Assembly: GCA_013239625.1 (NCBI GenBank)
Contig: MU053216.1
Span: 2,942,943-2,986,221 of the forward strand
Length of the DNA stretch: 43,279 nucleotides
Direction: 5' to 3'
From: Lama guanicoe
Lineage: Eukaryota
Shown: positions 24,763 to 36,798 of the stretch, piece by piece
Layout: each line of letters opens with the position of its first letter
Position numbering within the stretch: position 1 is the stretch's first letter
Notes under the pieces: model-generated
Database searches by the model: none
What the model was told of the DNA's origin: nothing
Seen by the model: only the letters and a program-made list of their open reading frames with translations
Position numbers and translations under genes: made by a program

Positions 24763-25878
24763 ATCTTTTTCTTTTCTTTTTTAATACTATAGAAAAATTT
24801 ACGTCACTTATATGGGTCATTGGTGGCTCATATTACAATTCTATTGGGCAGCACCACTCTGCATACTTTGCACACATGACTCTGGTTGACTTTTTACAGC
24901 AGTCCCATCAAATGGGTGATGTTCTGATGTTATCCGTATTTAAAAAATAAAGAACATAAGGTTGAGATGAACTTTTCCAAAGTCCTTCAGGATAGCTGCA
25001 GTAATCTAGCCTAAAAATAACCATTTTTAACACTGCTCCTAAGAAAAATAGATAATCATTTCGTAACAGTTTGTCTTTTAAATTTTTCACCACTTAAGAC
25101 ATTGTATTTAGGAAAAGTAATTTTTTTTTTTGAGTTTGGTAGAATCTCACTTAAGATATTGGATTTAGAGGAAAAATCTGATTTTGGTAGAACTATTTTG
25201 GTAAGTAGTTCTCTATTTTCAAACTTCCTTGTAGCAAGGGAAATTTTATCCAAATGTCTGTTGTTCCTGCATGCATACTTACCAAAATGTAATTTTATGA
25301 AAGCTATTTGATGTCTTAGAAGCTGTATCTCCTCAAAATGATTTTCTTTGAACTAGGAAGCCCCTCTTGCCCAGACTGTAAACAGGAAAGAACCGGAACC
25401 GGACAGCCTCAACTGCTTTCTATTTCAAATTCAGGGCCCAGAAAGATCCTGTGGATTCTAGGATTTAGAACAGTCTAACAACCTGGCAGTAAAAATCAGT
25501 CATTAGTGGAGTCCTCTTGGATTAAATTAAATGCATACCTTCCCTAAACACTCACAGGAGAGAAAAACAAACAAACAAAAACCAGCTGTGTCACCTAATG
25601 ATGCCCTGTTCAAGAAAGGCTGAGTTTACGAAGGAGATAAATTAGGAGCTGGCTGTTGGCTTCAGCAGTGGATAATTTCACAGAGGGTTTCACTGAAGAA
25701 TCCTTTTAAATTGGTAACTCTCCTGGTAAAATTGCATTTCAATCTTGTCATTCCTTGACAGGGAGGCTAAGAGACAGAGGATGAAGTAGGAAAGACCAGA
25801 ATCACTGCCAATGACAGAACAACCAGAAAGATGAGTTACGCTGAGTCTAGAATCATCATGGAACCAAGTGGACAAGTA

Positions 25879-26364
25879 CAGCTCTTCCTTGACCACGATG
25901 GGGTTACGTCCTGACAAACCCACTGTAAACTAAAAATAGCAAAGTCGAAAATGCATTGATGACATCTAATCCATCGATAACACAGCCCAGCCCAGCCTAC
26001 CCTAAACGTGATCAGAACACTATCATCAGCCTGCAATTAGGCAAAATCATCCCACATGGCCTATCTTATAATGAAGTCTTGAATAACTCATGGAATTGAT
26101 TGAATGCAGTACAGAAAGTGAAACAGAGAATGGTTGTCTGGTGCAGAATGGTTGTGTGAGTGAGTTGTTGACGTTCGTGGCTCCTGGGCTGGCTGGGAGC
26201 TGGGGCTCACCACTGTCGAGCATCGCCGGAGAGCGTCCCACTGGACATCACTGGCCTGGGGAGAAGCTCCAGAGGCAAGTTACGGTCCCTGCAGAATACA
26301 CTATCACTTTCTCACCATCAAAAAATTCTGAGTCACAGCATCAAAATTGGGGACCAAATGTCTG
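25879..26364 (+). mobile_element. TcMar-Tigger DNA transposon relic (MER47/Tigger5-like)
   Basis: TA-cag ... ctg-TA boundaries; cgatggggttacgtcctgacaaaccc and gtcgaaaatgcatt match the family as recalled. Confidence 0.75.
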
Positions 26365-27066
26365 TATATCTCAGTTTGAAAGAAATCCAGTTTATACCAA
26401 AATTTTCAAGATTATATCCATTGCCTAAAAAGATATTTATCTGTGCATGTAGAAGCATCTCACTGGGCATACTGCGGCTGTATCTTTCTGAGAAACAAGA
26501 TTTAATCAGTTCAGATAAAGTATTTTAAAAATTGACAAGCCAGTTATTTGCTCTTTAAAAACCAGCAAAAATGGATTGAAGTCTTTCAACTTTATTGTCC
26601 AGACTTTTAATTCAGAAAGCAGTAGGGCAGATACGGGGACTCAATTACAAAACCATGAAGAAACTTCTGCGTGTGGTGTAATGGCTGTGAACTTTTTATT
26701 TGATTTCTACTGTGCAAAGGTCACCTTGAAGCAGAGCTCACATGCCATGGCCAGCTTCCATTTGCTCTTTTTAATTGAAGTATAGTTGATTAATAATATT
26801 TCATTAGTTTCAGGTGTATAGTATAGTGGTTTATTTTTGTTTGTTTTGTCTTGTTTTTTTTTTCCAATTATATTTTTTAGAAAAGTTTATCCATCCTCCT
26901 CATAGCATTGCTGATCTTGTCCGTTCTCTGAGAGAATTCTGGAAAAATAACACATACACCAGAGAACAATCACCCATAAACAGGTGAAGACAAGTTTAAC
27001 TTGCAAAACAATGAGACTGTAATCCGAAGCGTCATGTGGTGAACTCCGTCTGTTCTGTTCTGGTAG

Positions 27067-27324
27067 ACGATGGGCTCCCAGAGCAATCTCTCCAGAGAGA
27101 TAGAAGCACAGACACTGAGGAAGATAAAAGAGCTGGATGGGAGCCACAGCACGTCCATGGAAAGTGTCATCAACCGGCTTTTGAGCATCGTCTGTGATGT
27201 GAAACCGGAAATCCACTCGAACTACAGAGTCACCAACTACACAAGCACTCCGTTGTTCAATAAACAGTGTCTACATGCCACCTCATTGCTATGGCTCCTG
27301 TTTATAGTAAGAGATGTGACATAG
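27067..27324 (+). CDS. ATP6V1G3: ATP6V1G3 coding exon 3; ancestral stop position (27238-27240) reads TAC and the frame continues to TAG at 27322-27324
   Basis: Acceptor ctgttctggtag ends at 27066; 57 codons align to the G3 C-terminus ending ..NYRVTN; matches ORF track 27070..27324. Confidence 0.92.
   Translation, partial: TMGSQSNLSREIEAQTLRKIKELDGSHSTSMESVINRLLSIVCDVKPEIHSNYRVTNYTSTPLFNKQCLHATSLLWLLFIVRDVT
27259..27264 (+). terminator. Candidate polyadenylation signal AATAAA (a second one lies at 27655-27660)
   Basis: Canonical hexamer 18 nt after the ancestral stop position; usage unknown. Confidence 0.35.
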
Positions 27325-27756
27325 ATGTCTTAAATTTGCTAGGCACCTATGGGTTTTAATGTGATGTGGTCCATACATGAGGACTGTATTTAAAAGCCAA
27401 CCAACAAAAAGTTGTTAAAGCTTTCCTGGTCACAGGTACGACCTTGTCGCTTAACTTGGAGCAAGTCAAGAAGGCAGGGTAACATATTTTGGGACACCTG
27501 AACGAAAAAACATGGACCCAACCATTTTTTAGTGAGTGGGTGTTGCTTTTTTAAATTTCTTCTCCTTTCTATCAATTTAGAAAATATATTCTTCATTTCA
27601 GTTGCTAAAAGATTATCTTTAAGGGTGATATCATCATTTCTCCAATAGATACACAATAAACATGTGCTCAGGGTTTTATTTAACTCATTAATCAGTGAGG
27701 AAACCAGTAAGATGTTACCACTAGTTCAAAGAAAACACTAAGAACTTCATAGAGAA

Positions 27757-27850
27757 ATGATAGGATGGATAGACAGACAGACAGATGAGATATATAGACA
27801 GATGATAGACTGATAGATAGATAGATAGACAGACAGACAGATAGATAGAA
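27757..27850. repeat. Compound (GATA)n/(GACA)n tetranucleotide microsatellite
   Basis: Direct reading. Confidence 0.9.
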
Positions 27851-28051
27851 AGAAATGGGTTACATAAGCATTCTCTCTGCCTAACATCAACTAACCAAAT
27901 ACTCTTCTTTTTCGAGTATAAATTTTTTAAAAAATTAAATGACAATTAAATGAGTTGCTAAGATATACGTTTAGGCTAAAAAAGACAAAAGTAAAAACAA
28001 AACAAAAACAACAACAAAAATCTTCCCGGGAGATATAGTAGCTTAGGTATG

Positions 28052-28425
28052 TGTTATGAACAGAATATGTGCGCCACCCCACCCCCAAAAAAAGCTAATG
28101 AAAGCTAATCCCCAACATCGTAGTATTTGGAGGCAGGGCCTTCAGGAGGTGATGACGCCATGAGGGTGGTGCCCTTGTGAATGGGATTAGTGCCCTAATT
28201 AAGAGGCCGGGGAGTTCTCTCACCCTCTTTGCGCCGTGAGAGGATACAAGGTGTCCTCTGTCTGTAGACTGGAAGGGGGTCCTCACCAGAGCCTGACCAC
28301 CCTGGCACCCCTCATCTCAGACTTCCAGCCCCCAAACTGTGAAACATAAATTTCTGATGTTTATAAGCCTCCAGTCTGTGGTTCCTTGTTATCGGAGCCC
28401 CCCCCACCCCCGCCTGACTAACACA
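28052..28425 (+). mobile_element. MaLR LTR (MLT1A/B-type solo LTR)
   Basis: tgttatgaacagaat ... ctgactaacaca termini; cagacttccagcccccaaactgtga motif; diverged 5-bp TSD gtatg/gcgtg. Confidence 0.85.
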
Positions 28426-29614
28426 GCGTGCCATTAGCTCAGTTGCCCACACGGTAAGAGCTAATTTCTTGTGGAGTACCAGGTCGTTTAAATGCAATGT
28501 ATAAACTACCCTGATCCTATTGTGGGGTTAGTATTGGCAGCCCCATCTTACAAAATGGAAAACAGAGATTAAGGAACTTGCCTGGAATTGCCTGAGAGTG
28601 GCAGTACTGGGCTTCGACCTGGCACTATGACTCCAGTGTCCCCACTCTTCATTCATGACCATGCTGCCTCCCTGAAAAGTTTCTATACCTTTATCATTAA
28701 GAATCCAAGGTGCTCTGATTTTCCAATAATGTATGCAGACAAATTTTTATTCCAGTCCAAACAAAATTTAGTTAGTAAATTCTAATTGTTACTCAACTAT
28801 TCACACACTCAATTCCAAATATAAACTGAAATAACTCCAACTGCTCACCAGTTCAGGCTACTAGCATCCTTGTTCCCTTAGCAGACAAAGGTAAAACTTC
28901 AGCACAGCTTTAGATCTCAGAGAGATTCAGTTTCACATGCATATTTGGTAAATGGAAGAGAAATTGAACTTCATTTTTTTTCTCTATTTTCCCAACTTTG
29001 GGAGCAAGGAAAACTAGTTTATTGGTTTTAGGTGGTAGATGTCTCCATTTGCCAGGAAGACAACTGATTTCCCAATTAATGACCAGAAAGGTATCAGCCT
29101 TGCCTGGGACACTGTTCTTCATCTTTCAGGGGGCAGCGGGGACAGGGAGACATCAGTAGAGCTGCCTCCCTAAGACGAGGGTGGCTGTCGAGGATTTCCA
29201 CCTGGACACAGATGTCAGGCTCCCGTTACTCCCCTACAGAGTGAGGTGTGTAAAGCCACACGTCTGAGAAGTTGCCACGTGAAAAGATACATTTGAAAAA
29301 CGCAGCCTTGTGATTGCCTTTTATCTCCTGAATAGTATCTTAAATAGTGTGTCTCATGAAAACCATCAAGATGTCCATTTTATGAATAGAAAAAGGCTCA
29401 GACAGTGTCCAGAAAACCCAAGTCAGTAAACCCTTGAGCCTGCGCAGGAGATGGGTGCACTTTCCAGGTGTCGAGCACTAGACAAACACACTAAAATCAG
29501 CACAGGCTTCTTCTCAGGAGACTCGGAGGGAGCTTGGGTGTGTCTGGTCCTGGCTCTGCCCCCAGAGTCTCGCTGTCCTGTTGGCAACTCAGTCTCTCTC
29601 GGCCTCGGACCCTT

Positions 29615-29808
29615 TTTCTTTTCTTTTTTTAATTAAAGTATAGTCAGTTTACAACATTGTGTCCATTTCTGGTGTCCAGGATCATGTTTCGGTCATACAC
29701 ACACATACATATATTCCTTTTCATATTCTTTTTCATTATCGGTGACTACAAGATATTGAATATAGCTCCCTGTGCTCTACAGTAGAAACTTGTTGTTCAT
29801 CTATTTTC
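29615..29808 (-). mobile_element. L1 3'-end fragment
   Basis: Poly-T then aattaaagtatagtcagtttacaacattgtg...gatattgaatatagctccctgtgctctacagtag. Confidence 0.8.
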
Positions 29809-30544
29809 AGTGGCTTAACAGACAAAATGGCATTGAACTAAATGACCCCTACAGGCCTTGGACAGTTAATTCCATCAACTAAATCAAAGCAATTTCAAAG
29901 AGCAGTGCTCACTACTGAAGAGCCTTCCCGTCCACGTCCACGGTGTCTGCTCGTTTTTCCATGACCCCACCTCTATTCCAAACACTGCACTGGGAAGTGT
30001 CTGTGCTAATCCTTGCATCCTAGGTTCTCTGGAACTCATGTATTTTTTACATTCAAATCTGGTTTCACGTCTTTGCTGAACTGAATGAGTCATTTTCCAG
30101 GAACTCTCAGCCTCACACAGATGGCAGAGCCGCTACGGTTCACTTTATTTACATATTTAAAAAAAAAAAGAGGTTTTCCGTATTTCAGAGATAACTCATT
30201 TATCTATGATAGCTTTCTTAGCCACAAAAAAACTTGACTTTTTGTACATGTACTTATCCTAAAATGCTTTTTCTGCTCACACAGGTCTTCACACAGAAAT
30301 GGAGTACCCTAAGGATGTTCTGAACCCTGCTCATTTTTTGTTTTGATCCTTTGTAAGATGAGAAATGACTCCACCATGGTTTCACTCATCTCCCTGGCAC
30401 CTTAAAATGAAGCCATGCAGCTTACAGAAATGCGGAGGAGTAAAAAGGTTTCAGATTATGCTTTCCCTAGATTAGCACACAAGCACACACAAAGTCAGGA
30501 ATTGCCACCAATAAATGAAACCTATTACCTTCTGGAGGGACTGA

Positions 30545-30818
30545 GCTAGAATAGAGTTGGCCACATTCTGCAAAGCTGCCAGTTTTGAAATACTGCAGCC
30601 GAGGCCATCCCAGAACCAGCCAGCCCACAGCCTGGAAGAATCCAGCCTAGATCTGCAGAGCTGCGCCACCCGCACTTGACCGCCACACCTGAGTGAGGCA
30701 AAAGGAGACCGCATAAACCACCCAGGAGACCCACAGACTCAGGAGAAGCAGTAACTTGACATTTCCAGCCGCTGAGTTTGAGTGTGATGTGTTCGGAAGC
30801 AATCGCTAACTGGTACAC
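30545..30818 (+). mobile_element. Old MLT1-type LTR fragment
   Basis: cagccgaggccatcccagaaccagccagccc ... agccgctgagtttgagtgtgatgtgtt...gcaatcgctaactggtaca. Confidence 0.6.
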
Positions 30819-33317
30819 CTACTAGGTGTCCTTCAAAAAGGAGAGCAGGGTGGTCTGTCTGGAACGCTGCTGGGAGTTCCAGTGAAAGAAGTCAGAGATG
30901 GTGACACTAGATCCAGGCAGGGGGAGGAGGAGTTCACGGAGCGAATGAGTGTGATGAGAAAGGGAGAGACACCAGCTCCCGAGAACCCTAAGCTGTAAAC
31001 ATCATCAGAGACACGGAGCTGCAGCTTGAGACAGACATGTACTGAACGTGTATCTTTTGTTTGGGACAGGACATGTTAGAGCATATTCATACGTCGACTG
31101 AAATTCCACTAAAGAGGAAAATATTTCCATGCAGCAGAGAAGAAAACGATTGCAGAAGCAACGTCCCTGGGGGGTCAGGAAGCACTGGCTTCTGATCACA
31201 CGCAGGAGAGCTGGTCTTGGATAGAACCAGGGACTCTTGTCTGAAACGAGAAGATGGCGGTGGCACTGACTTACACGTGCGCTGGCAGACTCAGCGGTAG
31301 GAAGACGAGAAAGCTCCTGTGTGATTCACTGCCACGGTTTTAGAAGAACAGGAGGGAAATGATTGGCTGATTGAGAAATTCTGGGAGACGAATCAAGACA
31401 AGGGGTAAAACGGTCATTTTGGGAAGCGAGGAGATGGCTATGCTAGGGAGGGTGACAGGGCGGCCAGGCAGTGTTGGGGGTCCACACGAGACGCATCGTC
31501 CCACTGTCAGGATGTGCTGGAGGCCACTGTGGGCCTCTCTCGGCGCTGGCGGGTTGCAGCAGCAGGCCCAGGTGGGCAGATAATCTGGTTCCCCCTCCGG
31601 ACTCAGCAGCCAAGACCTGAGAGCAGAGCTCCTGCCCTGCTTCCTTCAGCTCAACACTTGCACCGGGATAATTCTCCTCCAGGTGGCTACGGGAGCCCTC
31701 GACATAGAGGAAACAAGATTCTTGGGAGAAAAGCATTAAAGTTAAAGATGGGAATCTAAGCACAAAGGTCACTGAAGATGTTATGGTTCTGTTTCACCAG
31801 CGGGAGGGAACGGAGCTGCTGCGGTCTCTGGCTGGTGGTCCCATGTCCCATTCTCCTCTGTCCACTCTCTCAGGGCTGGTGGACACTGACATCGTGGGGA
31901 CTTAGATGCAGCGAGTTCCTCAAAGAGTGGCCTGAAGGAGCTCCTTACCAAGGACATGACTGGGACATCTTACACCCCGTGTGACAGTGATCAACTCATC
32001 CATTTATTCAACCAAGACTCCTGAACTCTATTAAGTCACACACTGGAGATCTGAAATACAGCAGCCACGGTTATTCTGCAGTCGACAAGTTCCGGGTCCT
32101 CACTCCCACCTCCAGTGACCAAGTTCTCACTTCCAGTCCAACACGCACTACACCTTGAGTGTGTGGGGTTCCCTGTGTCCTCAAATCAGTGACACCCTGC
32201 TATGTGAACAGCACGCACATGAACCAGGACCATTCTTAAACACAGAGTATCGCACAGTATAAAAGATCACCATCCCTGCAAATAAATCATCTGGATTCAT
32301 ACCCCAAAACCATCAGTGACTAACTCGGTGACTTTGAGCGTGTTACTAACCTCTCTGTGTTTTAGCTTCCTCATCCGTAAAACAGAATAGCAACGGTGTT
32401 ATCACAGAGAGTTATTGTAAGTTTTAAATAACTAGAAACCCAGAAAATACTCAGAATGTTACCCATATCACACATAATGGTTATATGTAAGAGTTTATAA
32501 TAATAATGGCAATTATTACGAGTACAGTTGAAAGAGAACTGAGTCAAATAATCTGATTAAAAGATAGAATGAGAGGGGAGGGGGTGGTGAGGTAGGAATG
32601 GCAGAAAAATTACTGTAATTTACTTCTGCAGAGTTTAAATAGACCCTTATGAAATGATCTTATTTTTAAAGTAAACTATTTCTCTTCGGTTAAGTAGACT
32701 CCAACAGTGCCGAAGTTTGACGGAAACTGTTGTAGCATGCTAGCTCTCCCCTTGCAAAAGCACCCGCGAGTGTTAATTTGTCACCATTTTTATTAATGTG
32801 TAATCAATTAATAAGAACATATGTGTTCCACAGACCAACCCCAAAGATATTTAAACAGAGCTTACAGTGAACATGAGAACCTTGCCAATATTCTAAAGAC
32901 CCGTTTCCTAGTGAACTCACAGTTTGTAGTCACAGTTCGGAAAGATGCTTTCCTAAGCAAAAATGTAAATATGCCCAAACATCTCAAATAAAACCACCAG
33001 CACCGAATGTTCTGTACAAAGCAGTCTACACAAGAAGCAAGAAGTTTCCCACGGTGACTGCATCGGAGTCAGCAAAGTTTGAAAGAGCCGTGATTTTGCT
33101 GATTGAAACTCGGATGGCCCACCATTCATGAACGCCCGTCCAAAACCATCCACCACCACGCAGAAGAGGTATCAGTGCTTGGCACACTGGGTTGGTTAAG
33201 GGCTAATGACCAAATTTAATGTTCACAGGAAACAACAGTTATCATCGTAACACGAGAAGAGCTTCTCATGAGCACGGCAATAGGAATTTCACAGAATTAG
33301 AACTTAAAACACTACTT

Positions 33318-33482
33318 AGCACGGGAACGATAGTCAATATCTTGTGACAACCACAATGGGAAAAAAGTCTGAAAAAGAATATGTCTATATGCGGGTGACT
33401 GAATCACAGTATACCTGAAACTAACAGCATGGTAGATCAACTACACTTCAATTTTTAAAAATTAAATTAAATTACATTTTTA
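33318..33482 (+). mobile_element. L1 3'-end fragment
   Basis: caatatcttgtgacaacc...tctgaaaaagaatat...tacctgaaactaac...tcaactacacttcaa. Confidence 0.75.
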
Positions 33483-33539
33483 AAGACATTACTTAGAATC
33501 TCTTACCGGCCTGCCAGAAGGACAGAGAAACCCCAAACG

Positions 33540-34630
33540 TGGCGCTGATTACGAGGCAGCCTGACGAACATGGGAGGGCGGGGGTTGCTACACCCGGAGA
33601 GGGGCGCGTGCACGAAGCGCGGAGATGGAGACAGCGGAAGGGCTGCACTTGGGGAGAAGAAGGCTCGCCTTGCTGTCGGCGAGGCTGGCAGGGCCGCGTG
33701 CGAAGGCCCTTTGAGGCCGTACTAAGAAGTCTGTTCTTTACCTGCAAGGGAGCAGGAGCCACCGAGCAGCTGTAAGCAAGAGTCACAACGAGAGCTGCGC
33801 ACGCGCAGCTCAGGGCGCGCCAAGGGCGTTAGGCAAGGGGCCAGCCCGGAGGCCGGGCACCTGGGGAGCAGCCGGCAGAAGAGTCGAGGCCCCGCGAGCA
33901 GGGGGAGGTTAGCGGAAGCAGCGCCCCGGAAGGGGCTGGGTCACGCAGGGCCCCGTCCCTGGCGGGAAATCTGGCTGTTCCCAATGACGCGGTGACCTTG
34001 GCGGGATCTGAGTAGGGGTGACGTCATCTAACGTCAGCGTTCAACGGGTCACGAGGGCGGCTGCGTTTGCCACATGTGACCCTAACCTTGCCCTTGTCTT
34101 CGTCCTTCCTTCCCTCCCTCCCTCCGTGCCTCCCTCTCCGCCCGGGCCTGGGTCGCGTCCGCAGATCTGTTAACCCGTTCGCTTCGCTCTCTCCGCTCAG
34201 TCCCACGCCCGCTGCGCGGCCTCCTCCGCGCGTGCGCGCTGGATCCCAGACAGAGCGCGCTGCCCTGAAGGCCGCTGCGCCCGCCTCCACGAGCCGCCTT
34301 CCCCCGATGCCACTCCCGGGGAACCGCCTATTTACCCTCCGCTGTTGTGTCTGTGTCTCTCTGTTCCCCCGCCACAAGCGGAATGCATGCTCTTTGCTTT
34401 CCTCCTCCCCGCGCGCTGTCTGCACCACCGCCCGGGAGCTCCGGCGTGCGGGTGGGTGGACGGGGCTCGCTCCAGCGTTTGCGCTCGGACCCTTTCATCC
34501 CGGAGCCCGAAGAGGGCACGGCTGCTTCCGAGTCCGCTTCAGGACAGTGAGCTCTGGGGAAGCGCGTACTTCTGCGCCGTGAAGGTTACACACCGTGTCA
34601 CTTTGACAAGGGACTTGTGACGCCCGGCCC
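33540..34630. promoter_or_regulatory. Orphan CpG-island-like region with NRF1, CCAAT and CRE motifs
   Basis: Dense CpG by eye; TGCGCACGCGCA at 33796-33807, CCAAT near 33981, TGACGTCA at 34019-34026; no associated gene recognised. Confidence 0.55.
33560..33830 (-). mobile_element. L2 fragment, CpG-enriched
   Basis: gaggctggcagggcc...aggccctttgaggccgtactaagaagtctg...ggagccaccgagcagctgtaagcaagagtcaca parallels the L2 consensus as recalled. Confidence 0.55.
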
Positions 34631-36798
34631 TCTACACCCAAACCACTCTTGATAGCACAGCAACACGGTGACAGTGACCTCGCTCTCTCACCCTGTCCAA
34701 GGCAGAGCCCTTCCTTTCTTACCTGCAAAGTTACTTGCAATTAATTAGCCGCTCGGTGTCTGCACCGATCCCACCCCTGGGCTGTTGCCGCCCGCGCCGC
34801 TTTCTCAAGACCCCCCTTTCCTCCTGAAGACACCCTCCCAGGTCCCCAACACACAAGGAGCGCAGGCGGTGGACAATTCTCTGTATTCTCAGACTTGCTC
34901 TTTTGCTGCCAAATGTCCCTCCATGTTCCTACGTGGCAGCTGATAATAGCCCTGAGTTCATGGATTTAATCAATCGTGGGGCTTCTGGAGTCTGAACGAG
35001 GAACGGGCTAGTCACACCGCCGCTGCGGTCCAGAACCGGAGCTGCTGAGAATGGCTTGGTCAGGCCTTAGAGACCCTCCGCCCGGCAGGGACGCCCACCG
35101 CCCACGGCACGCCCAGCATCCCCGGGACCTGGCTGCCCCAGGAGATAAGGGAGATGTGAACGGAGACGGGGACTCCGCAACGTGGAGTCTCCGGTATCGT
35201 CCTCATGGAAGAAGGGAAGAAGAAAGAAAGAAAAAGGAGGGAAGGCAGCAGCATAGACGTTAAAGTGCGAGCTGAGTTTTTCCCGGTTAGAAGTCATCTT
35301 CGTTGTTTCTGAGAGAGAATTTCTCTTCTAAGAAGCTCATTCTGGGGTAGGATTTCCTGGGTTTTCTGTCTCATCCCATTCATCACATTGTGGTGAATGG
35401 CGAAGATGTCAATGTGGCCCCAAAAGCAACACCGTTCAGTGACCACCATAGGTGATAACATAGTAACTTTTGATAAGCTAATCCTTCAAAAAGACTGCAT
35501 ATTACAAAACAAAAACTGAATTTGAAATGTTTTCTAATACTTAGCATTTAATAGCGGTAACTTTGGATTTGGCAGCAACTATTAAAGCTCAAATAAAACA
35601 CTGGAGCAGGAATTTAAAGATATTAGAATTGCATAAAGTCTACACTATTTCTAGTTTGTACCACAATTTTGACAATTATTTTACATGTGCTTCTGTGGAG
35701 TTTCATCATTTCCTGTTGTTGGATAAGTGGAATTTTAGTTTTTAGTGGGGAAATATTGTGAATAAAAGCAGTATTCAAGAAAAACATCTTTAGAAATTGA
35801 TTCTTAATACAGGTGGAGGAAAAAATCTTACATTCAGCTAATATTTATCTTAATAATCTCAGTATGAAAAATGGCATATCAGAACTAGGCTGAGTATTGG
35901 GGGAAACAAGAAAAGCATATTGAGGAATTTTGAATAATATTACATAGCATTAGTCATTTTTTATATGGTTATTAGCCATGGTAGATAGAAATCAATTAAA
36001 GACCACCTGAAACCAATATAATATTGTAAATCAACTATACTTCAATTTAAAGAACAGATTTGCAGATTACCATATGGGCACCAGGAGGCGTTAACGCTGA
36101 GAAAGCTGGGGAAATATCTAAGGAGGGCTTAATAATGAAGGAAGTCGTGTACTTAAATAAATATGCAAACAAACAAAAGAAATAAGTTAAAGATGACTAA
36201 AATGAAGGTTGAATAAGAAAATAATGTACTTATCAGAGAAAGGGGAATCTAAAAATAGAGCTTTCGAGAAAGATACAGTTTTATTTTACACATACTGAGA
36301 GTGAAATCATCTCAGAACAATCAAGTGGAAATATCCAACAAGAAATTTAACAATAAGACTCAAAATTGGACCACCATCGGAAGTAACATTAATAGCACTT
36401 ATTTTGCTTAGCGCTTAGCATGTCCGGGTAATGGTTTAAGTGCTCTCCAGAGGTTACCTCTATTCTAAACGGAACTACAGGCCAAGATCGGAGCATCTCA
36501 AGGTCTGATGTCAGGAGAAAATCAACAGTCACTTCAGGACACCTCGATGAACTGGTACCAATCATTTTGTCCCCATGCATCATCTACTCAAGGTTAAACA
36601 TCAGAAGTTCCCCCGAGGAAAACCAAGGTCGTGTTAAGAAGTTAGAGGAATGCGTGTCAGGCATGAAAAACAACAGAGCTCACTGCTGAAGGCGACTGTC
36701 CCAACAGCAACGACAGCTGAGCTTTACTGAGCACTTACTCTGCTGGACGTGCTACCTGTGGGTGGAGATTCTCACAACAAATCTCAGATGCTGCCACT

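Larger units (their letters stand above)
7887..27324 (+). pseudogene. ATP6V1G3: ATP6V1G3 locus (V-type H+-ATPase subunit G3), 3 exons with GT-AG introns, disrupted by start loss, an exon-2 insertion with a stop, and stop loss
   Basis: The three exons translate to (T)ASQSQGIHQLLQAEKRTKDKLEEAKR / RKAK..QAKEEAMAETDQYRMQRDQAFRLKHAK / TMGSQSNLSREIEAQTL...VCDVKPEIHSNYRVTN. This matches the 118-aa G3 subunit as I recall it (GIHQ, KDKLEE and MGSQ distinguish it from G1/G2). Splice phases 1 and 0 are consistent. Gene identity is high-confidence; pseudogene status is inferred. Confidence 0.88.
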
